Source: Desulfovibrionaceae bacterium (lineage in GTDB: Bacteria > Desulfobacterota > Desulfovibrionia > Desulfovibrionales > Desulfovibrionaceae). Taken from it: a stretch of 64,000 bases of DNA. Below are positions 17,748 to 26,892 of this stretch, piece by piece. The DNA lies in contig JAHZEL010000015.1 in NCBI GenBank assembly GCA_019421865.1, positions 32,892 to 96,891 on the forward strand, read 5' to 3'. Made by a program: the position numbers and the translations under genes. The notes beneath the pieces are model-generated. The model had not been told where the DNA came from. It searched no databases and worked only from the letters and a program-made list of their open reading frames with translations. Position 1 is the stretch's first letter; every line of letters begins with the position of its first letter.

Positions 17748-18485
17748 ATGAAAAGATTTCCCCTCATTCTTTGTGTTGCAGCGGCCCTTTTTCTCTCGCA
17801 TCCCGGCATCTCCCGGGCCGAACAGTCTCTGCACGTCTACTGCGGCGCGGGCATGACAAAGCCTTTCGGTGAAATTGCCGAAGCCTTCACGAAAAAGACA
17901 CAGGTGAACATGGAAGTCACCTATGCCAATGCCGGTCAGATCCAGTCCCAGATCAACACCGCGCAGGAAGGCGACTTCTTCATCGCCGGAGCCGTGGAAG
18001 AACTCAAGCCCGTGGAAAAATACGTGTCCGCCAGACGCGACCTCGTCAAACACATTCCCGTTCTTGCCGTGGCCAAAGGCAATCCCAAGGGCATCAGCGG
18101 CGTCAAGGACCTCGGCCGGAGCGATCTCCGCGTCGTGCTCGGCGATGCCAAGGCCACGCCCATAGGCAAAATCGCGGACAAGGCCATTGCCGACGCCGGA
18201 CTGACCGGCAAGGTGAACGTGGTCAGCCGCGGCGTAACAGCACCGTCCATCTTCAACGCCCTGAAAGTGGGCGAATGCGACGCCATCATCGTGTGGAAGG
18301 AAAACGTTTCCCCCGACATGGACATCGTGGCCGATCCGGCCATGGACGCCTATGTGAAAACCATTCCCGCCGCCTCGCTTTCCGTTTCCGACAATCCCGA
18401 AGGCCAGAAGAAGCTGCTGGACTTCCTGAATTCCGACGACGCGCATGCCATCTGGAAAAAGCACGGCTACGTGGTTCTGAACTGA
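17748..18485 (+). CDS. modA: Molybdate/tungstate-family ABC transporter substrate-binding protein
   Basis: 245 aa from ATG 17748. Signal peptide MKRFPLILCVAAALFLS. ModA-like LHVYCGAGMTKPF..YANAGQI. Confidence 0.8.
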   Translation: MKRFPLILCVAAALFLSHPGISRAEQSLHVYCGAGMTKPFGEIAEAFTKKTQVNMEVTYANAGQIQSQINTAQEGDFFIAGAVEELKPVEKYVSARRDLVKHIPVLAVAKGNPKGISGVKDLGRSDLRVVLGDAKATPIGKIADKAIADAGLTGKVNVVSRGVTAPSIFNALKVGECDAIIVWKENVSPDMDIVADPAMDAYVKTIPAASLSVSDNPEGQKKLLDFLNSDDAHAIWKKHGYVVLN

Positions 18486-18577
18486 CGAACCGGGAAGCTC
18501 TCCCAAGGGGGGAGCTTCCTTTTCTCCCCGTTCCTTTTCCTCCCCCGCCTTCCGCAGAGGGCGCAGGACTGCGCGCC

Positions 18578-19387
18578 ATGAAACAGAAGTTCTCCCTCTT
18601 TGACGGCGCAAGCCTTCTCATTGCCTTTCTGACCATCTTTTTCCTTACGGCATCCGTCTGCACCATCGTCATCGGCGGACTGCCCTTTCTGCCTGCGGCC
18701 TTCCAGTCGAAGGAAGTGCTCTTTTCCATCCGGCTGAGTCTGGTCACCTCCACGCTCTCCACCCTGCTCTGCTTTCTGGTGGGCATTCCCTGCGCCTATG
18801 CGCTGGCCCGCTGCCGCATGCCGCTGCGCAATCTCTGCCGCATCATTCTGGAACTTCCCCTCTCTCTGCCCTATCTGGTGCTCGGCCTTTGCCTGCTCAT
18901 GATGTTTTCCTCGGAAGCGGGCAAAATGCTCAGAGACATGGGCATACGCGTCATCTTTGAACCGGCCGGCATCGTCATGGCCCAGTGGATGGTAAACATT
19001 CCCTTCGTGATCAGGCTCATGCGCACCGCGCTGGAGGAAATGGACGGCAGGCTGGAATTCATTGCCGGAACGCTCGGCGCTTCCCGCTGGCAGCGCTTTC
19101 TCACCATCACCCTGCCGCTGTGCCGCAATGCCATTCTCATGGCCGCCATTCTCACATGGTCGCGCGCCATAGGCGAATTCGGCGCCACGCTCATGCTGGT
19201 GGGAGTCACCCGCATGAAAACGGAAACGCTTCCGGCAAGCATCTATCTCAACATCAGTACGGGCGACAACGGCATGGCTATGGCTTCCGCCATCATCCTT
19301 CTCGGCATTTCCGGAGCGGCGCTTCTGCTCTCCACGCTGCTGCACAAACGCGCCGCCAGCCGCATGGAAGGAGTGTCGTGGTCATGA
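18578..19387 (+). CDS. modB: Molybdate/tungstate ABC transporter permease
   Basis: 269 aa from ATG 18578. Polytopic, with an EAA-like loop (SRAIGEFGATLMLVG). Confidence 0.82.
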   Translation: MKQKFSLFDGASLLIAFLTIFFLTASVCTIVIGGLPFLPAAFQSKEVLFSIRLSLVTSTLSTLLCFLVGIPCAYALARCRMPLRNLCRIILELPLSLPYLVLGLCLLMMFSSEAGKMLRDMGIRVIFEPAGIVMAQWMVNIPFVIRLMRTALEEMDGRLEFIAGTLGASRWQRFLTITLPLCRNAILMAAILTWSRAIGEFGATLMLVGVTRMKTETLPASIYLNISTGDNGMAMASAIILLGISGAALLLSTLLHKRAASRMEGVSWS

Positions 19388-20100
19388 CGCCCCTCGTCTT
19401 CGATCATTTCTGCCTCACCCGGGGAAGCATGCACATCAGGGACATTTCCTTTTCCCTGCAGGAGAAGGAAATGTTCGCCATTCTCGGCCGCACCGGCGCG
19501 GGCAAGACACTTCTTCTGGAATCCGCAGCAGGCTTTTATCCGCCGGAAAAAGGCCAGGTGCTTCTCTACGGCACCCCGGTTCAGGACATTCCCCTGGCGG
19601 AACGGCGCATCGGATTCGTGTATCAGGACTACGCCCTCTTTCCTCACATGACCGTGCAGGACAACGTGGCCTACGGTCTTCGCGTGCGCCGCATCCCCAG
19701 AAAGGAACAAGAAGAGCAGGTCAAGGCCATTACCGATCTTCTCGGCATAGGGCACGCCCTCAGGCAGTATCCGCAGACCCTGAGCGGCGGGGAGCGCCAG
19801 CGCGCGGCCCTGGCCCGTGCCCTGATCCTCAAACCGAATCTGCTGCTGCTCGACGAACCGTTCTCCTCGCTGGATCCGGCAACAAAAAAACGTCTTTACG
19901 AGGAACTGGAAGGAATTCCCAAAAAATTCAACTGCGCCGTGCTCTTCGTCACGCATGATTTCAGAGAAGCCCAGTGTCTGGCCTCGCGCATCGGCATCAT
20001 GGCCGGGGGGAGCATGCTCTGCATCCGCTCGTCGGAAGATCTTTTCGAGCACAGCAGCAATACCGAACTCAACGCCTTTCTCGGGCTGGAGGACGCATGA
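19384..20100 (+). CDS. modC: ABC transporter ATP-binding protein (short ModC-like, no TOBE domain)
   Basis: 238 aa. ATGA overlap with modB. Walker A GRTGAGKT, signature LSGGERQR, Walker B LLLLDEP. Confidence 0.85.
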   Translation: MTPLVFDHFCLTRGSMHIRDISFSLQEKEMFAILGRTGAGKTLLLESAAGFYPPEKGQVLLYGTPVQDIPLAERRIGFVYQDYALFPHMTVQDNVAYGLRVRRIPRKEQEEQVKAITDLLGIGHALRQYPQTLSGGERQRAALARALILKPNLLLLDEPFSSLDPATKKRLYEELEGIPKKFNCAVLFVTHDFREAQCLASRIGIMAGGSMLCIRSSEDLFEHSSNTELNAFLGLEDA

Positions 20101-20840
20101 CCACACAGGAACTCTACCGACGCCTCAGGCAGGAACTCGAAAACCTCGTCAAACGCCACCACCTGGAGCAAAGCCCCATCCGGCTGAAAAGTCGGGGCCT
20201 TTCTCCAGAGGAAGCCATCGGCAACACCCGCCGCAGGGATTATCCCATTCTTGCGGGCAAAGAGGTCATGCTGCAGGCGGAGTTCGGGCAGGCCTTCGGA
20301 CAGGCCTTTACCGATGCCCCTTCGGACTTCGACGGCACGCTGGAAGACATTCTGAGCCTCGATCCCGAGCGCGACTCCCACAGCCGGGGGCTTCTCGTGG
20401 CATCGCTCAACGCCGTCATGCGCTACACGGGCGACATCGACCATACCGTGCACTGCCGCAACGATGAGCTGGAACAGTGCGCCGAAGCCCATGCCGCCCA
20501 CATTCGGGAACATTTCGGTTCGCCCCGCATCACGCTGATCGGCTACCAGCCCGCGCTCACGGCGCGCCTGTCGCAGGAGTTTTCCCTGCGCGTGCTGGAC
20601 ATGAACCCTCAGTTCGTGGGCAGCGTTCGTTCCGGCATCACCATAGAGCACGGAACAGCCGCGTACCAAAGCGCCGTACTGGAATGGCCCGAGCTCATTC
20701 TCTGCACCGGCAGCACACTGTGCAACGGCACCTTCGTCAACTATCTGGACACAGGCCGGCCCGTCATCTTTTTCGGCATCTCGGGAGCGGCGGCCGCACG
20801 CATCTTCCATCTGCCCCGCTTCTGCCCGATGGCGCACTGA
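20097..20840 (+). CDS. DUF364/DUF4213-type putative metal-chelation (Rossmann-like) protein
   Basis: 247 aa with ATGA overlap to modC. The family assignment is from memory of DUF364 proteins next to metal ABC transporters. Confidence 0.55.
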   Translation: MTTQELYRRLRQELENLVKRHHLEQSPIRLKSRGLSPEEAIGNTRRRDYPILAGKEVMLQAEFGQAFGQAFTDAPSDFDGTLEDILSLDPERDSHSRGLLVASLNAVMRYTGDIDHTVHCRNDELEQCAEAHAAHIREHFGSPRITLIGYQPALTARLSQEFSLRVLDMNPQFVGSVRSGITIEHGTAAYQSAVLEWPELILCTGSTLCNGTFVNYLDTGRPVIFFGISGAAAARIFHLPRFCPMAH

Positions 20841-20892
20841 AAAAAGGGGCGGGCCTTTTCCCGCTCCGCGCCCGAGCCTCGCAGCCCTTTTC

Positions 20893-20921
20893 ACGCCCCT
20901 TGCCGAGGGGCGTTATTTTTT
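20893..20921 (+). terminator. Rho-independent terminator
   Basis: ACGCCCCT-TGCCG-AGGGGCGT followed by TATTTTTT. Confidence 0.75.
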
Positions 20922-21036
20922 CAGAAAAAGGAAAAAATTTTTCTGATGTAAGGAGCCTGTAAGTTTCCGGTGCTTTACTGAACTCAACTGGAAAAGGTTA
21001 CCACACTAAACAACATATACGTTTCCGGAGGAAACC

Positions 21037-21480
21037 ATGACTATGCATCCCGTTACCCTTACCCGCAAGAATCTTCCCGCCCTTTCCCGCCGCACCTCCC
21101 GCCTGCCGCTTGCCCTCAGCGCCGCGCTCGCCCTCATGCTTACCCTCGGCGTTTCGAGCGCCCTTGCCAAGGGCCCGGACGGAGGCTACACCCATAGAAA
21201 CGGCGGCTACACCGGCCCCGGCCCTTCCATCAATACCGTTGAGCAGGCCAAGGACATGCGCGACGATGCCCACGTGGCTCTCAGAGGCCGCATCATTCAG
21301 CACCTCGGCGGAAAGCACTATGTTTTCCAGGATGAAACCGGCACCATCAACGTGGATATCGACGACAAGCACTGGCGCGGTCAGAGCGTCGGCCCCAACG
21401 ACGTGGTGGAAATCTACGGTGAAGTGGAAAAGGACTGGCACGAACTGGAAATAGACGTTGACCGCATCGTCAAGAAGTAG
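21037..21480 (+). CDS. ygiW: YgiW/YdeI family periplasmic OB-fold (BOF) stress protein
   Basis: 147 aa with a signal peptide. C-terminal OB region VALRGRIIQHLGGKHYVFQDETGTINVDIDDKHW. Confidence 0.85.
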   Translation: MTMHPVTLTRKNLPALSRRTSRLPLALSAALALMLTLGVSSALAKGPDGGYTHRNGGYTGPGPSINTVEQAKDMRDDAHVALRGRIIQHLGGKHYVFQDETGTINVDIDDKHWRGQSVGPNDVVEIYGEVEKDWHELEIDVDRIVKK

Positions 21481-21539
21481 GAAAACGCCGGCGCATTTCC
21501 TTCCCCGGAAATGCGCCGGAAATGTAAGAGGGGAGATCC

Positions 21540-22199
21540 ATGCGCATTCTTCTGATCGAGGATGATGTTCTCATTGGCAACGGTCTAAAAATGGGACTTC
21601 CGGCTCTGGGCTTCGCCGTAGACTGGTTTCAGGACGGCACGCTGGGGCAGAAGGCCCTTTCTTCGGCGGAATACGACGCCGCCATCCTCGATCTCGGTCT
21701 TCCCGGCATGGACGGACTCGACATTCTGAAAAGCTGGCGAGGTTCAGGCAGCGACATACCGGTTCTGATCCTTACGGCGCGGGATGCCATCAGCCAGCGT
21801 GTGGAAGGCCTGAATCTCGGCGCGGACGACTATCTCGGCAAGCCCTTTGATCTGGATGAGGTGGCGGCAAGGCTTCGCGCCCTTGTCCGCCGCAGACACG
21901 GGGTGACAAGCCATCAGCTCGTCCACGGCGCCGTCAGCTTCGATCCGCTGACAAGAACCGTTTCCCTGAACGGACAGCCCGTCGCGCTGGGTCAGAAGGA
22001 AGTCATGCTCGTGGAGCTGCTTCTTCTGAACAGGCAAAGCGTTCTTTCCCGCAGCGCCATTGAGGAAAAGCTGTATCCCTGGGGCGAGGAAGTCAGCAGC
22101 AACTCCGTGGAAGTACTGGTTCACCGCATACGCCGCAAGCTGGGAAGCGGCTTCATCAAAACCGTTCATGCCGTAGGATACACCCTGGGAGAAGCCTGA
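21540..22199 (+). CDS. OmpR/PhoB-family response regulator (QseB/BasR-like)
   Basis: 219 aa. Receiver ([27 protein letters not shown]) plus a winged-helix C-terminus. Confidence 0.92.
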   Translation: MRILLIEDDVLIGNGLKMGLPALGFAVDWFQDGTLGQKALSSAEYDAAILDLGLPGMDGLDILKSWRGSGSDIPVLILTARDAISQRVEGLNLGADDYLGKPFDLDEVAARLRALVRRRHGVTSHQLVHGAVSFDPLTRTVSLNGQPVALGQKEVMLVELLLLNRQSVLSRSAIEEKLYPWGEEVSSNSVEVLVHRIRRKLGSGFIKTVHAVGYTLGEA

Positions 22200-23740
22200 T
22201 GTCACCCTGCCCTGCCCGACTGAAGAAAATGGCTGCCGGAGCAGCGGCAATTCTGCTTCGCGCCTTCCGCATGCTGAAAAAACTCCTGCCTTCCGCAGGT
22301 GTTCGGGCAGGGAGCCTCGCCGGTTCGGCATGGGGGCACATCATGGCTCTGCCCGTAAGCCGCAGAAGTCTGCGACTCAGGCTGAGTCTGTTCTTTTCCC
22401 TTTTCATGCTCGTTGCCTGGCTTACCGCGGCGCTCTTTGCCTGGCACATCTGCCGTGACTACATCAACGAATTTTTCGACTCCCAGCAGATGCTCGTCAC
22501 CAGAACGCTTGCCGTGGCCGATCTGACGCGCACCCCGGAAAAGCTGCCCCGCATCGAGGCCATGTTGCCCGGCGTCAAAAAGCATTCCTTCGGCGATCTG
22601 GAAGAGGAAGCCATCTCCTTTGCGGTCTTCTCCCGTGACGGCGCCCTGCTGCTTGCCGACAGCAAAAAAGGGCAGCGCTTTCCGTTCGAGCCTCACCGCC
22701 GGGGATTCGTCAATGTGCCTCTGCACGGCAAGAACGACATGTGGCGCATCCTGTGGATGAACTCCAGCGACGGCAGCCATGTCATCGCCGTAGGGCAGGA
22801 GCTGGAGTACAGACAGGACATGGCGCTGGAAATGCTGGAAGGACAGATTCTTCCGTGGCTGCTGCTCATTCCCGTTCTTCTGGCAGGCCTTTTCATCATT
22901 CTGACCAGAGAGCTGGCCCCGCTTCACTCCATTGCCGACAGGCTGCGTTCCCGCACGCCTGAAGACACCACGCCGCTGGATCTGCAGCGTCTGCCGTCGG
23001 AAGTGCTGCCCATGGCCGAATCCCTGAACGGATTCTTCATACGCACCAGAGAGATGCTGACAAGGGAGCGTTCCTTCATTTCCGATGCGGCGCATGAGCT
23101 GCGCACCCCTCTGGCCGGACTTCGCATTCAGGCTCAGGTGGCGGCGCAGCCGGGCCTTGACGGGGAAACCCGCATGGCGGCGCTGTCCTTCCTCAGACAG
23201 GGCATCGACCGCTGCTCACGCCTTATCGACCAGCTGCTCGCCCTTTCCAGACTTGAGGCAAACTATGCGGAAGGCCGGGTTCCGCAGAATGATCTTACCC
23301 CGGTCAACTGGACACAGCTTCTGGAAGACTATCTGCCGGACTACCGTCTCCGTCTCGAAGCCGAAGGCATCCACCTGGAGTCCCGGATAAGTTCTCTGAA
23401 CAACGATGTGCCGGGCAATCCCACGCTGCTCTCTATGCTTCTGCGCAACCTTCTGGAAAATGCGGCGTCCTATACAACGCAAGGCGGTCTCATCCGGATT
23501 ACGCTGGAAGAACATCACCTCACCGTGCAGAACGACTGCACGCCTCTTCCCGACGAGTATATCTCACGCCTCGGCGAACGATTCTTCCGCCCGCCGGGAC
23601 AGACAAAAAACGGCAGCGGACTGGGACTTTCCATCGTAAGACGCATTGCCGCCATTCATGGCTTCCCTCTGGACATCCGGGTGGAAACAGATGCTCCCGG
23701 ATTCTCAGACTGCTCATTTCGGATTTCACTGAGCTGGTAA
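22199..23740 (+). CDS. Sensor histidine kinase (QseC-like)
   Basis: H-box SDAAHELRTPL, N-box LLRNLLENAASYT, G-box GSGLGLSIV. ATG 22199 overlaps the RR stop by 1 nt; an alternative ATG at 22343 lies just before TM1. Confidence 0.9.
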   Translation: MSPCPARLKKMAAGAAAILLRAFRMLKKLLPSAGVRAGSLAGSAWGHIMALPVSRRSLRLRLSLFFSLFMLVAWLTAALFAWHICRDYINEFFDSQQMLVTRTLAVADLTRTPEKLPRIEAMLPGVKKHSFGDLEEEAISFAVFSRDGALLLADSKKGQRFPFEPHRRGFVNVPLHGKNDMWRILWMNSSDGSHVIAVGQELEYRQDMALEMLEGQILPWLLLIPVLLAGLFIILTRELAPLHSIADRLRSRTPEDTTPLDLQRLPSEVLPMAESLNGFFIRTREMLTRERSFISDAAHELRTPLAGLRIQAQVAAQPGLDGETRMAALSFLRQGIDRCSRLIDQLLALSRLEANYAEGRVPQNDLTPVNWTQLLEDYLPDYRLRLEAEGIHLESRISSLNNDVPGNPTLLSMLLRNLLENAASYTTQGGLIRITLEEHHLTVQNDCTPLPDEYISRLGERFFRPPGQTKNGSGLGLSIVRRIAAIHGFPLDIRVETDAPGFSDCSFRISLSW

Positions 23741-23757
23741 CTCCTCTCTCTTCAAGC

Positions 23758-23796
23758 GCTGCCTGCGGCAACCTACTGCGGGCAGCTCTTTTTTTA
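23758..23796 (+). terminator. Rho-independent terminator after the kinase gene
   Basis: 9-bp stem (23758-66 / 23778-86) followed by TCTTTTTTT. Sequence composition turns AT-rich immediately afterwards. Confidence 0.65.
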
Positions 23797-24282
23797 TTCA
23801 TTTCACACCTTTTTACAGTGTTATCACCAGGTGTTTCACAAAACAAACGACACTGTAGAAAAAATATTCCACGAAACGTCTACATTTTCACAGCTCGATT
23901 CTCTGCCCGAAACACTCAGGGAATGAATGCTCCGTACTAAAAACAAGACACATGAACAATGAACACACAAACCGAAGCTATCTTTCAAATTGTAACATAT
24001 GCTTGACTTTTGGCACCGTTTAAAGAACTGATAAAAATATGTTACCGTCTTGAGTTCTTCTATCATAACTTATGTTATATATTATCTGAAAAATAATTAG
24101 TATACAAAAATGAACATAATTTCATAAAATTTATATTAATTTTTAATAATAAGAAACATGATAAAACAATTTTTTTATATACAACAAGAAAAATACTTTT
24201 CTATTGATCATAAAAAACGCTGATACCGTTTTTCTTTCAAGAAATACGACATCAGCGCTATGCAGGAGGAAAATCAATACCG

Positions 24283-24993
24283 CTAGGGCATATTCGTCAA
24301 ACGAAAACCCACCCGCGGAACTGTTTTCAAAATCGGCTTATTCTGCTGTTCCAGACGAGAGCGTAATGTATGGATATAGGTACGAAGCGCATCACTATTG
24401 GGAGGTGTATCGCCATAAAGCTCACTCTGCAGTTCACTGCGGCTGACGACATTGGGAGCCGACTTCATGAGACGAGCTAAAATGGTAAATGCCATAGGAG
24501 GCAGATGAAGATTATTACCATCACAGGTGACGGTATGCTTTTGCAAATCGAGCTCTATTCCTGCCCAGGTCAGTCGGTCTGAAGCGAAATGTGCCTTTGC
24601 AAGGCGTATGGCTGCAAGAACTCTTGCCTCAAGCTCCAGAAGATGCAGAGGGCTGGTCACAATATCATCGGCACCGCAGTTCAAATAGCGCGGCAGATTT
24701 TCCAAAGTGTTCTCTGGAACCAGCAGAATGATGGGACAACTGACCCGGTCTATGCGGAGGCAGGTATAAAGAGGGATGCCATTAAGATCCGTAAACTGCG
24801 CATCTATAATAAGCGCGTCATAAGAGGATGTCTTAAGGCAGTTTCTGACCTCTTCACTGTCCACGGCACTGTCAAGCTGATAGCCCATTGGCTCCAGATA
24901 CGAAAAAATATTTCTCATCACCGCTGTATCGGAGGTGGCGATAAGCAGATGAAGATCAGGAACAGAAAGCTGTTTTTTCAGGCTGTATAGCAT
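24283..24993 (-). CDS. Orphan OmpR-family regulator with degenerate (pseudo-)receiver domain
   Basis: 236 aa. The winged-helix C-terminus is intact (..LHLPPMAFTILARLM..LRTYIHTLRSRL..VPRVGFRL). The receiver keeps the Asp (ALIIDAQ), but the acidic pocket is TSD, not DD, and the conserved Thr and Lys positions read LLVPE and VTSP. Confidence 0.8.
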   Translation of the reverse strand: MLYSLKKQLSVPDLHLLIATSDTAVMRNIFSYLEPMGYQLDSAVDSEEVRNCLKTSSYDALIIDAQFTDLNGIPLYTCLRIDRVSCPIILLVPENTLENLPRYLNCGADDIVTSPLHLLELEARVLAAIRLAKAHFASDRLTWAGIELDLQKHTVTCDGNNLHLPPMAFTILARLMKSAPNVVSRSELQSELYGDTPPNSDALRTYIHTLRSRLEQQNKPILKTVPRVGFRLTNMP

Positions 24994-25110
24994 AGAGCAG
25001 CTCTCAGATCGTTTTTTGTTTTATGAATGGAGGAACGAGCTGCAGGAACTTGACCGGATAAGAACAACGAGCCCAGACACATCCGGTGCTTATTGGCCTT
25101 ATGTCCATTC

Positions 25111-25132
25111 ATACTAGGTTATGGCCTAGTAT
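25111..25132. promoter_or_regulatory. Perfect 8-6-8 inverted repeat, candidate operator upstream of the XRE gene
   Basis: ATACTAGG-TTATGG-CCTAGTAT, about 40 nt upstream of ATG 25172, in the divergent RR/XRE intergenic region. Confidence 0.45.
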
Positions 25133-25171
25133 CCGTCAAGAGCTCCCGACTTCTCCCCAAACGGAGGTTGT

Positions 25172-25417
25172 ATGCCTATTATCAGTAATCTCGGAATAAT
25201 AATGAAAAAAAAGAATATGACCTATGAAGATCTGCAACTTTTGTCACAGGTTGCTCCCGACACCATCGCCAGAGCACGAGACGGCAGAATCTCCACATGC
25301 AAGCTGGCTACGCTGGAAAAACTGGCCTGTGCTCTGGATGTCGATATCTGCCAGCTATTCCGGCATATACGCCCCCCGGAGGAAGCAAACATACAAAACA
25401 GACATCAACCCTCATGA
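25172..25417 (+). CDS. XRE-family helix-turn-helix protein
   Basis: 81 aa with SD GGAGG. HTH_3-like MTYEDLQLLSQVAPDTIARARDGRISTCKLATLEKLACALDVDICQLF. Confidence 0.8.
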   Translation: MPIISNLGIIMKKKNMTYEDLQLLSQVAPDTIARARDGRISTCKLATLEKLACALDVDICQLFRHIRPPEEANIQNRHQPS

Positions 25418-25440
25418 GCTACAAAAGCTGATACTAAAAC

Positions 25441-25466
25441 GGGAGAGGACTTGCATCCTCTCCCGT
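25441..25466 (-). terminator. Hairpin terminator downstream of the porin gene
   Basis: GGGAGAGGA-CTTGCAT-CCTCTCCC. On the minus strand it is followed by GTTTT. Confidence 0.55.
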
Positions 25467-25507
25467 GTAAACCGGTTCAGTTCAACACGGGGCAGCCCCG
25501 TATCGAA

Positions 25508-26851
25508 TTAGAACTTGTAAGCGAAGCTGAGAGCAGCGCTCCAGGAGTCTTCGTCAATCTTCTTGAGGCCAGCATGATCGTCCTTATCAAAGTCATTGAT
25601 GATGTAGGCGAGCTGCAGGTTGGCGGCCAGGTTCTTGTAGATCATATAGGTCGTATCGAGGTTGAAGTCGATAGCGGTATCGGAGTAGGTCATGTACGTA
25701 ATGGGATTCTCATTCAGAGAGTTACCGTCGCTGTTGGTACCCTTGTACATGGTCACGGAGAAAGCGTGGGTCAGGTCTTCGAGGAAGCTCACTTCCTTGA
25801 TACCGGCGCTCACGCCCCAGGTGCCACCGATGGCATGATGAGCAGTGAGCTGGGTGTCATACAGACCGTATTCACCGGGAACAAAGCCGAAGGAAGGATG
25901 GAAACGACCGGCCACAGTGGGAATCCAGCCCTGCTTGGCATACTGAGCATCGCGGTCGTCACCGGAACCGTACCAGGCACCCAAGAAAGGAGTACCATAG
26001 GCAGTCTTGTAGGAAGACATAGCCTGCACATACCAGCCGGAACGATCATTGTCGCCGTAGGAGCTGTCGAGGTTGGCCACACCATAGGCGCCGGAGAGCT
26101 TCAGTTCGAAGGGATCGAAATAGCTCAGGGTGCTGGTCACACCGAACCAGTAGGTATCAGCAGAAGCATTGTTCTCAGACACGGCATCATCATGGAACTT
26201 AGTGCCATGATCCATGGCGCCATACATAACATAGGGGGTCACGGCAAAGCCGTCGAACTTCATGGCAGCGGAAGCTGCGAACACGTCAGCCTTGTTAGCC
26301 TTGGAGGTATCGTTATCGTAAGACTGGACTTTCTCGCCGTCAAGCCAGTTGTTGTAGCCGGTGCGCACCCAGAAGGCGGTCACGTCGAGCCAGTCAGTCA
26401 CGGGGCTGGAGAGCACCACACCGTCACGGCTGTTCACGCCGGGATGCATGATAGCGTTCTTGCCGAAGGCGTCCATGGGAAGACCAACGAGCTGCTTACC
26501 CATACGAACCTTGACGGTGGTCTGAGGAATCATCCAGTCGATGTAAGCCTGACGAACGCCGATCTTGGTGTTGGCGTTGTTGCTGGTGCCCCAGTCGTTG
26601 GCGGCAGCGCTGTCAGCACCGATACCGGCCTGCATCTGCACATAACCGGAGAGATCTTCAGAAGCGGTGAAGGTCATGCCGAGACGGAAGCGCTGACCAG
26701 CAGCGTCAAAGTTGTCGCCGGAGAGGAGACGTTCACCGGTGATGAAGGTGAACACATATTCGCCGTCCATCTTCACGTCAACAGCGGACGCAGGAGCGGA
26801 AGCGGCAACAACCATGCCGGCAGCCAGAAGAAGAGTAGCAAGCTTTTTCAT
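25508..26851 (-). CDS. Outer-membrane beta-barrel porin
   Basis: 447 aa from ATG 26851 (SD AAGGA). Signal peptide MKKLATLLLAAGMVVAASAPASA, alternating beta-strand pattern, Gly/Asp/Tyr-rich, C-terminal ..ALSFAYKF. Confidence 0.85.
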   Translation of the reverse strand: MKKLATLLLAAGMVVAASAPASAVDVKMDGEYVFTFITGERLLSGDNFDAAGQRFRLGMTFTASEDLSGYVQMQAGIGADSAAANDWGTSNNANTKIGVRQAYIDWMIPQTTVKVRMGKQLVGLPMDAFGKNAIMHPGVNSRDGVVLSSPVTDWLDVTAFWVRTGYNNWLDGEKVQSYDNDTSKANKADVFAASAAMKFDGFAVTPYVMYGAMDHGTKFHDDAVSENNASADTYWFGVTSTLSYFDPFELKLSGAYGVANLDSSYGDNDRSGWYVQAMSSYKTAYGTPFLGAWYGSGDDRDAQYAKQGWIPTVAGRFHPSFGFVPGEYGLYDTQLTAHHAIGGTWGVSAGIKEVSFLEDLTHAFSVTMYKGTNSDGNSLNENPITYMTYSDTAIDFNLDTTYMIYKNLAANLQLAYIINDFDKDDHAGLKKIDEDSWSAALSFAYKF

Positions 26852-26892
26852 TGCAGTCATTCCTTTGAAAAAAGTGGTTGGTAACACCAGTG

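Noticed and set aside
23836-24066. 76-aa minus-strand ORF in the AT-rich spacer after the kinase gene. Also the 80-aa ORF at 24204..24446 on the plus strand.
   Set aside because: It has AT-rich, Cys/Phe/Ser-biased composition, no SD and no motif. The 24204 ORF overlaps the response-regulator gene in antisense.
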